Shown: positions 26,428-32,000 of the stretch, piece by piece
Numbering within the stretch: position 1 is the stretch's first letter
Layout of the letters: every line of letters begins with the position of its first letter
Assembly: GCF_000008565.1 (NCBI RefSeq)
Contig: NC_001264.1
Coordinates: forward strand, 60,533-92,532
Length of the DNA: 32,000 nt
From: Deinococcus radiodurans R1 = ATCC 13939 = DSM 20539
GTDB taxonomy: Bacteria > Deinococcota > Deinococci > Deinococcales > Deinococcaceae
Direction of reading: 5' to 3'
Made by a program: the position numbers and the translations under genes
The notes under the pieces: generated by a model
Told to the model about the DNA's origin: nothing
Databases searched by the model: none
Seen by the model: the letters and a program-made list of their open reading frames with translations, nothing else

Positions 26428-26954
26428 CGGACACCCGCCCTACCCTCCCCGCCTTCTCGCTCGACTACTCAGCCGGGACCTTCACCAACACCCTGACCGG
26501 CGAGCAGTTCACCGAGATCACCGCCGTTGTCCTCGCCCAGCGTGAAGGCCGCGTGCTGTGGCCGAGCAGCCTGAACCCCGACCCCCGCCCCGAGTGCGTG
26601 GACGGCAGCAAATACGGCCCCTGCCAGGAGTGCCGCTTTGCCGACTGGGGCGAGAACGGCGAGCCGCCCGTCTGCTCGGAGGAACTGACGCTGCTGCTGT
26701 GGCTGCCTGCCGACTTCCAGCTGGTCGAGCTGACCGCCCGCCGCTCGCAGGTCCGCGTCATCGAACAGTGGCTCGGCATGAAGGCGATGCTGAGCGGCAT
26801 CCTGCACGACCAGGAAGTGACCGTCAGCATGAAGCCGGGCGACGGCCTGCACCACCTGGTGCTGCTGCCGGGGCGGGGGCTGGAAGAGAAGGAAGTGGGC
26901 CGCATGAACGAACTGGTGGTCCGGGCAGAACGGTTCGGATTCGAGGGACTGTGA
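26424..26954 (+). CDS. hypothetical early protein with 4-Cys cluster
   Basis: 176 aa containing ECVDGSKYGPCQECRFADWGENGEPPVC, with an ATGA overlap. Confidence 0.55.
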   Translation: MTDTRPTLPAFSLDYSAGTFTNTLTGEQFTEITAVVLAQREGRVLWPSSLNPDPRPECVDGSKYGPCQECRFADWGENGEPPVCSEELTLLLWLPADFQLVELTARRSQVRVIEQWLGMKAMLSGILHDQEVTVSMKPGDGLHHLVLLPGRGLEEKEVGRMNELVVRAERFGFEGL

Positions 26955-27454
26955 TGGTGGCCTTCGACCTCAGCACGCTGGACGATGAACCGGAGTTTCA
27001 TCTGGACCAGCTTCTGGAGTTGCTCAGGCAGACGCCGGACGGCTTCACGACCCGGCGCTGGCAAGTCGGGGTCCTACTGGCCGATGACGGTGTGCAATAC
27101 GCACCGGGCTGGGAAGCGAACGCGCAAGGGTACGCCCCGCGCATCATTCCGGCCTACCGATGCGGGTTTCTCGAAGACGGTGACGGCAAGGTGCTGATGG
27201 TCATTACTGGGCGGGTGCAGGAAACCGAGGGAAAACTGACCCTGTCCACCCTCCAGCGGGTACGTCGCCCGGAGAAGGGCGAGCCGTACCTGGAAACTGT
27301 CTTCAGCTGCACGGTCACGCTGGGCGAACGGATGCCCTTCGAAAGCGACGAGTGGGAGAACCCCTGCTGTGGTCGGGCTGGCCTGGGAGAGAGCCGACAC
27401 CCTGGAACGGCAGCGCTGATCGCCTACCTGATGGCCTGGGGCGTGGTCAAGTGA
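26954..27454 (+). CDS. hypothetical early protein
   Basis: The ATG at 26954 overlaps the previous stop by 1 nt. 166 aa. ORF-track start 26558 is an upstream run-on. Confidence 0.5.
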   Translation: MVAFDLSTLDDEPEFHLDQLLELLRQTPDGFTTRRWQVGVLLADDGVQYAPGWEANAQGYAPRIIPAYRCGFLEDGDGKVLMVITGRVQETEGKLTLSTLQRVRRPEKGEPYLETVFSCTVTLGERMPFESDEWENPCCGRAGLGESRHPGTAALIAYLMAWGVVK

Positions 27455-27792
27455 GCGCCCGCACCGGCACCCGCCGCGCCGCCGTGCTGTTGGCGCTGAG
27501 TGGCAACCCCAGGAGCGTCTACAGCCTCGCCCGCACGACTGGGCTGAAGGAAAGCGCCGTGTCCGGCATCGTGGATGCCCTGAGCCGCACTGACCTCGCT
27601 GTGCAGCACCCCAGGGGCTGGACCCTCGGCACCGGGCCGCACGTCGCTGAGGCGCTCGCTCAGGCCCGTGCTACCGTGCAGGCATCCGCACAACCTGATC
27701 AGAGCGCAGTTTTCAGTGCTGCAAGCGACGGGGCGAGTCTCCCCGGTAGCCTGCCAGCATCCAGCCGTGTCACACGGGGACCTGATCGCTGA
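27451..27792 (+). CDS. winged-helix DNA-binding protein
   Basis: GTGA-coupled GTG start. RRAAVLLALSGNPRSVYSLARTTGLKESAVSGIVDALSRTDLAVQHPRGWTL resembles a MarR/ArsR-type wHTH. Confidence 0.5.
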   Translation: MSARTGTRRAAVLLALSGNPRSVYSLARTTGLKESAVSGIVDALSRTDLAVQHPRGWTLGTGPHVAEALAQARATVQASAQPDQSAVFSAASDGASLPGSLPASSRVTRGPDR

Positions 27793-28058
27793 TGGCCGGG
27801 CTGCCCTGTGACGTTTGCCAGGAGGAAACCATCGTGATTCCCCTCGGCACCGTGGGAGAGGACGCGGCTGGGATTCTCTTCTACAGGAGGTACAGGGTTT
27901 GCGTGAATCCGAACTGCGAACGCTACCGCCAGCGCCGCACGTCGCTGGAAGCGTATCTGCCAGAGGACGGCCCGCCGATCACGGTGGAGAGAGCACAACT
28001 GAATCCGTACCTTCCGCCCGAAAAAAGTTCCCATCCATCTCTGTTCGACGAGTTCTAG
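27792..28058 (+). CDS. Ogr/Delta-like zinc-finger protein (candidate late-gene activator)
   Basis: The CxxC-x27-CxxxxC layout with RYRVCVNPNC mirrors my recollection of the P2 Ogr motif RYHQCQNVNC. Confidence 0.5.
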   Translation: MAGLPCDVCQEETIVIPLGTVGEDAAGILFYRRYRVCVNPNCERYRQRRTSLEAYLPEDGPPITVERAQLNPYLPPEKSSHPSLFDEF

Positions 28059-28093
28059 GACTGGAGGAGCCCCCACAGGCTTCTCCAGTTGTT

Positions 28094-28429
28094 TTGGCTG
28101 ACCCGCCCGCCTGTCGCCCGGTCCGTGTCAACTGGCCGGTCCTGCTGATGCAGGCGCTGCGGTCCAGCCGCTGGCGTATCGCCCAGGTCGAGCTGGTGGG
28201 CGCCGTGGAGTGTGACTCACCCGCGCCCATCCGGGTCTTGAACGTCGGGGACGTGTACGAGGTCACCGACCGGGACTACCAGGCCGCCCTGCTGCTGCTT
28301 GGGCCGGAGGTGACGCAGCGGCTGCGCTGGGCTGTGCAGCGGGACGAGTGGCTGCTCACCGATCAGGGTCTGGCCGAGCAGCTCTGGCGGGTGCTGGCTG
28401 AGCGGGGATGGCTAAGAAAACCGACATGA
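28094..28429 (+). CDS. hypothetical protein (start uncertain)
   Basis: The open frame runs to 28429. Candidate starts are the TTG at 28094 or the ATG at 28148, and neither has a good SD. Confidence 0.35.
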   Translation: MADPPACRPVRVNWPVLLMQALRSSRWRIAQVELVGAVECDSPAPIRVLNVGDVYEVTDRDYQAALLLLGPEVTQRLRWAVQRDEWLLTDQGLAEQLWRVLAERGWLRKPT

Positions 28430-28568
28430 CGCAGAAGGGGATACACCCAGTGGGGGGGGTGCCAAATCGCGAAGTTCCAGATTCGTCACCCCGGGAGATT
28501 GCACTCTGGAGGTAGGTGCCTAATTCACCGATGACGCCTGGCCAGCGTGCATCACCTCGGAGCCTTAC

Positions 28569-28739
28569 ATGTCGAAGTTTGCTCAGTCCGAAACCCCCGT
28601 TCACATCGTTGATGCCGTCGATGACACGGTTGACGCTATCCAGTTCCTCGTCGCCAACGCCTCCAACAAGCAAGAGGTTGCTGTCGAGCTGATCCGCCTG
28701 CTGAGTGACCTTATCGAACGTGTGCTGAACGCGGAATAA
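28569..28739 (+). CDS. small acidic helical protein (56 aa), moron-like
   Basis: This ORF is not in the track because it is under 60 aa. It starts at an ATG 7 nt after GGAG and encodes MSKFAQSETPVHIVDAVDDTVDAIQFLVANASNKQEVAVELIRLLSDLIERVLNAE. A strong + strand terminator follows directly. The region is locally lower in GC. Confidence 0.4.
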   Translation: MSKFAQSETPVHIVDAVDDTVDAIQFLVANASNKQEVAVELIRLLSDLIERVLNAE

Positions 28740-28752
28740 ACAATCATCGCAA

Positions 28753-28782
28753 GGGGGGCGGCTGTGGCAGCCCCCCTTTTTT
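28753..28782 (+). terminator. strong rho-independent terminator (end of early/middle transcription)
   Basis: GGGGGGCGGC pairs with GCAGCCCCCC (one mismatch) around the loop TGTG, followed by TTTTTT. The T-run is on the + side only. Confidence 0.7.
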
Positions 28783-28791
28783 GGAGCCGAC

Positions 28792-29136
28792 ATGACCAAT
28801 CAGGAACAGCAATACGCCCGCCGCATGGCGCGGGGCACCCTGCTCACCCACCTTTACATCCTTCAGGACAAGGGCCTGTGCGACCCGGCCACGCCCCGCA
28901 CCGCCAACCGGCTGATGATCGACGGCCTGGGGGCCAACGGCCTGCTGCCGCCCGACGCCATGACGATCAACAGCCTGCAATGGCTGGAAGGGGCCGGGTA
29001 CATCGAGGTGGACTGGGCGATGGACGACCACACCCGGTTCGAGTCGGTGACCCTGACCCAGAAGGGCATCGACCTGTACGAGGACAAAAATGCCAGAAAG
29101 CGCGAACCCGGCATCCTGCTCCAGCCCCGGCGATGA
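28792..29136 (+). CDS. winged-helix-like protein (first late-region gene)
   Basis: GGAG lies 5 nt before the ATG. LTHLYILQDKG...INSLQWLEGAGYIEV...VTLTQKGIDLYE resembles a YjcQ/PadR-like wHTH. Confidence 0.45.
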   Translation: MTNQEQQYARRMARGTLLTHLYILQDKGLCDPATPRTANRLMIDGLGANGLLPPDAMTINSLQWLEGAGYIEVDWAMDDHTRFESVTLTQKGIDLYEDKNARKREPGILLQPRR

Positions 29137-29140
29137 ACCG

Positions 29141-29467
29141 ATGGAGCGCGAATTCAGAGACGTGGTCAGCCGCCTCAACGGGCTGTGCGCCACCGTCGAA
29201 CGCGAGTTTGGCGAGGTGAAAAGCGAGTTGCGACACGCCGAAAAGCAGAACGTCAATATCCTCGCCATGTTCGTCTCGGTGGTGGTCCTGGCCTGCGTGG
29301 CGCTGCTGCTCGCCGGGTACGCCGTGAGCACGGCCAACTCCAACCGCTCGCTGATCGTCGAACTCGTCCGGCAGTCGAACGAACAGGCGCAGCAGATCGA
29401 GCAGGCCGCGCAGCAGGTGGACCAGTTGCAGGAGGGGACGCCGGACACGGCCCCCCACAAACGGTAG
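29141..29467 (+). CDS. membrane protein with flanking coiled coils (lysis or morphogenesis accessory?)
   Basis: 108 aa from the ATG at 29141, with a central TM segment ILAMFVSVVVLACVALLLAGYAV. Its position is upstream of the small terminase. Confidence 0.45.
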   Translation: MEREFRDVVSRLNGLCATVEREFGEVKSELRHAEKQNVNILAMFVSVVVLACVALLLAGYAVSTANSNRSLIVELVRQSNEQAQQIEQAAQQVDQLQEGTPDTAPHKR

Positions 29468-29477
29468 GAGGGGCGAC

Positions 29478-30017
29478 GTGTCCGACCAATACGACTACAG
29501 CGCCCTGCTCCGGCCCAAGTGCAAGGTGTGCAGCTCGCAACTGCGCCAGGACATCGACCTGCGGCTGATGGGCAAGGAGACCGACGACGACGGCGAGCGC
29601 TACAGCTACGACCAGATCATCGACTGGGCAGCGGCGCACGGCCTGGTCATCAGCAAGGCGGGCCTGAGCCGTCACAAGTCCGACCACCTAATGCCGGACG
29701 TGCTGGGGGCCATTGAAGCGCAGCGCCAGGTCGAGGCGATTGCCCAGGCAACGGGGCAGACCCTCGGGATGGAGACGGCCTTCCTGAACATGCTGACCAA
29801 CAAGGCCATGCGGAAGCTGGGGGAGCAGGAACTCGCAGATGATGGGAAGTGGCTGGGCACCGTCGTGAGGGGCATCGAAGTGCTGCTCAAAGTCAAGAAG
29901 CAGGAAGTCGCCTTCAGCAAGGAGAAGCTCGAAGAGGCCAAGGGCAAACTCAGGACCAATGGCGTGTCTGAAGACACCATCCGCATGATGGACGAGCTGC
30001 TGGGCGTGAAGCGGTGA
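29478..30017 (+). CDS. Mu gp27-like (DUF3486-type) small terminase subunit
   Basis: GTG start after TAGGAGGGG. ISKAGLSRHKSDHL and the C-terminal KEKLEEAKGKLRTNGVSEDTIRMMDELLG resemble my recollection of Mu gp27. Its position is immediately before the large terminase. Confidence 0.65.
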   Translation: MSDQYDYSALLRPKCKVCSSQLRQDIDLRLMGKETDDDGERYSYDQIIDWAAAHGLVISKAGLSRHKSDHLMPDVLGAIEAQRQVEAIAQATGQTLGMETAFLNMLTNKAMRKLGEQELADDGKWLGTVVRGIEVLLKVKKQEVAFSKEKLEEAKGKLRTNGVSEDTIRMMDELLGVKR

Positions 30018-31390
30018 GCGCGGCTCAGCGGGGCTACTTCCTCGCCTATCAGGTGGCGTGGCTCAACGACGACAGCCGCCTGAAGATTGCCGAGAAGTCG
30101 CGGCGCATCGGCTGGACCTACACCCAGGCTTACGAGGACGTGCGGGACGCGGCCAAGGAAGGCGGCATGGACGTGTGGTTCAGCTCGGCTGACCTGACCG
30201 CCGCCCGTGAGTACATCCGCTACGTTCAGATGTGGGCACGGATTCTGAACGTGGTCGCCACCGACCTGGGCGAAGTGGTGCTCGAAGGCTCAGGCGAGAG
30301 TGCCATCAAAGCCTTCGTGGTGGCCTTCGCCAACGGCAAGCGCATCACCGCGCTGTCGAGCAACCCCAAGGGCTTCCGGTCCAAGGGGGGCAAGGTCGTG
30401 CTTGACGAGTTCGCCTTCCACGAAGACGCTGATGAACTCTGGCGGGCCGCCGCGCCGTCGGTGCTGTGGGGCTACCCCATTCGGGTCTTTTCCTCGCACA
30501 ACGGCAAGGACTGCCGCTTCTACCAGATGGTGCAGGAGGCGCAGCAGGCGGACAGCAAGTGGACGCTGCACTCGGTGACCATCGTGGACGCCATCCGTGA
30601 CGGACTGGTCGAGCGCATCATGAACCTGGACCGTCCGGCCACCGCTGCCGAGGTGGAAGCGTTCCTGGCCGAGTGTCGGGCCATTGCAGGCGACGACGAG
30701 ACGTTCCAGCAGGAATTCATGTGCAACCCCCTGGACGGGACGGCGGCCTACATCAGCCACGCGCTGTTCGATGCCAATGTCGCGGCTGAGGTGCCCGACC
30801 CCATCGTGATTCTGGGCAGCGAGATTCACGACATTCCCCTGCCCGACTACCGCCCTGCCCTGCAATTCAAGCGGGCAGGCGGTCAGCTCTACCTGGGCGT
30901 GGACATCGGGCGCAAACGCGACCTGACGGTGCTGTGGGTGTGGGAAAAGGTGGGAGACACGCTCTGGACTCGGGCCGTTGTCGAGCTGCACATCGTCAAG
31001 TTCCGTTATCAGTTTCGCTGGCTGGAGCATCTGCTGCCCATGACCACCCACGCCGAGATGGACGAAACGGGCCTGGGGGCGCAACTGGCCGAAGACGCCG
31101 AGGAAGATTTCGGCTCCGAGAAGGTCACGAAGGTGACGTTCAACGAGAAGGAAAAGAAAGACCTCGCCGTGGGCTTCAAGAACGCGCTGGAAGACAGCAG
31201 CCTGCGCCTGCCAGGGACAGCGGTGGTCCGGGCCGACTTCAAGAAAATTCGGCGCACCGTGTCACCCAGTGGCAACGTGCTGTTCAAGGGCGAGCGGGAC
31301 GCGGACGGCCACGCTGACCGCTTCTGGGCGGCGGCGCTGGGACGGCGGGCGAGTACCCGCGTCGTAGGCGGCGGCATCATCACGCTCTGA
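30014..31390 (+). CDS. phage terminase large subunit (Mu gp28-like)
   Basis: The N-terminal block YQVAWLNDDSRLKIAEKSRRIGWTY and Walker B-like VVLDEFAFHED are present, followed by a nuclease-half acidic block. There is a GTGA overlap with the small subunit. Confidence 0.8.
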   Translation: MSAAQRGYFLAYQVAWLNDDSRLKIAEKSRRIGWTYTQAYEDVRDAAKEGGMDVWFSSADLTAAREYIRYVQMWARILNVVATDLGEVVLEGSGESAIKAFVVAFANGKRITALSSNPKGFRSKGGKVVLDEFAFHEDADELWRAAAPSVLWGYPIRVFSSHNGKDCRFYQMVQEAQQADSKWTLHSVTIVDAIRDGLVERIMNLDRPATAAEVEAFLAECRAIAGDDETFQQEFMCNPLDGTAAYISHALFDANVAAEVPDPIVILGSEIHDIPLPDYRPALQFKRAGGQLYLGVDIGRKRDLTVLWVWEKVGDTLWTRAVVELHIVKFRYQFRWLEHLLPMTTHAEMDETGLGAQLAEDAEEDFGSEKVTKVTFNEKEKKDLAVGFKNALEDSSLRLPGTAVVRADFKKIRRTVSPSGNVLFKGERDADGHADRFWAAALGRRASTRVVGGGIITL

Positions 31391-31441
31391 AGGGGGCCAA
31401 ACTATGGACCTAAACATTCTGACGGCCCTCATCACGGGCCA

Positions 31442-31834
31442 GTGGCGCAGATTGCGGGCATTCGCCAGAACGAGGTGGACGCCCGCAACGCCATCAGCGG
31501 CTTGGGCCTGGAACAGATGATCGGCGAACTCTTCCCCGGTGTGGACGGTCAGCTGCTGACCGCCAACAAGGACGTGGTGAACCATCTTCAGCAAGGGGTC
31601 AACCGCTACGTGCGGGCGCTGACGCGGGGCACGCTGAACTGGGAATGGGACGGGGAGAACGACCCGCCTGACCTCAATCCTGGTGTACTGCTGAACATTG
31701 CAGGCCGGGACCTGGTGCAGGACGCCACCACCGACGCTCTGGTCACAGGCAAGTTCGCCTATTTTCCTTACATCGGCCCGGACAACCGGCGTGCGCCTGA
31801 ATACCTTGACCGGGTTCCTGTGGCCCATCTATGA
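31442..31834 (+). pseudogene. probable portal protein gene (Mu gp29 position), reading frame interrupted
   Basis: The call is by synteny only. The frame stops at 31834, but a protein-like frame (LNTLTGFLWPIYEAGDASEVQAVLQVTSYVVDGKTLFQVRRF...) continues in +1 to the window end. A good SD+ATG at 31404 is out of frame with 31442. Confidence 0.4.
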
Positions 31835-32000
31835 GGCCGGAGACGCGAGCGAGGTGCAGGCCGTCTTGCAAGTCACCAGCTATGTGGTAGACGGCAAGAC
31901 GCTCTTTCAGGTGCGCCGCTTCAGCTCTGGCATGATGGAAGTCTTCAAGGGCCTGGAAGACTGGCAGAAGTACGCCACCGGGCAGCGCGAAGAGTTCCCA

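Larger units (their letters stand above)
18724..32000. mobile_element. Mu-like transposable prophage, left arm (partial, continues past the window end)
   Basis: The gene order is repressor (leftward), Ner/Cro-like, DDE transposase, MuB-like ATPase, many small early ORFs, then gp27-like small terminase, large terminase and a portal-position gene. The left boundary is tentative: the TG at 18724 is the best guess, but it could lie anywhere between 18.64 and 18.92 kb. Confidence 0.8.

Noticed and set aside
28356-28799. 147-aa minus-strand ORF covering the moron-like region.
   Set aside because: It would run through the + strand terminator hairpin, overlap the 3' end of the gene ending at 28429 by 74 nt, and overlap the start of the 28792 gene. 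It would also oppose the uniformly rightward phage transcription. The 56-codon + strand ORF with an SD and terminator is more parsimonious, although third-position GC (about 70 vs 68 percent by hand count) does not discriminate between them.
31404-31520. 38-codon ORF MDLNILTALITGQWRRLRAF... as an independent small gene.
   Set aside because: After the first 13 codons the sequence becomes Arg/Trp/Ala-rich nonsense, while the overlapping frame reads as a normal protein. It is more likely the original start of the portal-position gene, separated by an indel.
31790-31834. Programmed ribosomal frameshift in the portal-position gene.
   Set aside because: There is no slippery heptamer or downstream structure at the junction, and programmed frameshifting is not known for portal genes. 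A mutation or sequencing indel is more likely.

Overview
This is a GC-rich segment (roughly two-thirds G+C by eye, not computed). The gene content looks like a Deinococcus chromosome: an HU protein with a Lys/Ala/Pro-rich N-terminal tail, GGAGG ribosome-binding sites, leaderless-looking starts and many long antisense shadow ORFs. Positions 1 to about 18.7 kb are host genes. In order they are: a tRNA 3' end with its terminator; a TerD/TerB-like/PH/HNH fusion protein flanked by two small secreted proteins; a divergent PadR / alpha-beta hydrolase / DHA2 MFS unit; a GNAT; a PIG-L deacetylase; an S8 lipoprotein protease; HU; a scoA-scoB-nagA operon; a beta-CASP MBL hydrolase; a wHTH protein; and a cadA-glutaredoxin-cadC metal efflux operon. 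From about 18.72 kb to the window end lies the left arm of a Mu-like transposable prophage. It contains a leftward S24 (LexA/CI-type) repressor, a divergent Ner/Cro-like HTH gene, a D-D-35-E transposase and a MuB-like AAA+ ATPase. About 5.9 kb of translationally coupled small early ORFs follow, including several wHTH and zinc-ribbon proteins and an Ogr/Delta-like zinc finger. Next come a terminator-bounded small ORF and the late genes: a gp27-like small terminase, the large terminase and a disrupted portal-position gene. From memory (not verifiable here), Deinococcus radiodurans chromosome II has a Mu-like prophage (RadMu) next to a LexA paralog, so this may be that locus or a relative. The most notable observations are these. 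(1) Seven copies of a 12-bp motif lie inside the transposase ORF and are read in all three codon phases, which is a DNA-level signal. (2) The immunity switch is compact, with three TTCGCA-N2-TGCGAA palindromes and face-to-face overlapping promoters. (3) There are apparent frameshifts in the repressor and in the portal-position gene. (4) Two ~40-bp direct modules look like transposase end-binding sites. (5) The TerD-HNH fusion protein is an unusual architecture. No CRISPR array, rRNA or complete tRNA was seen.
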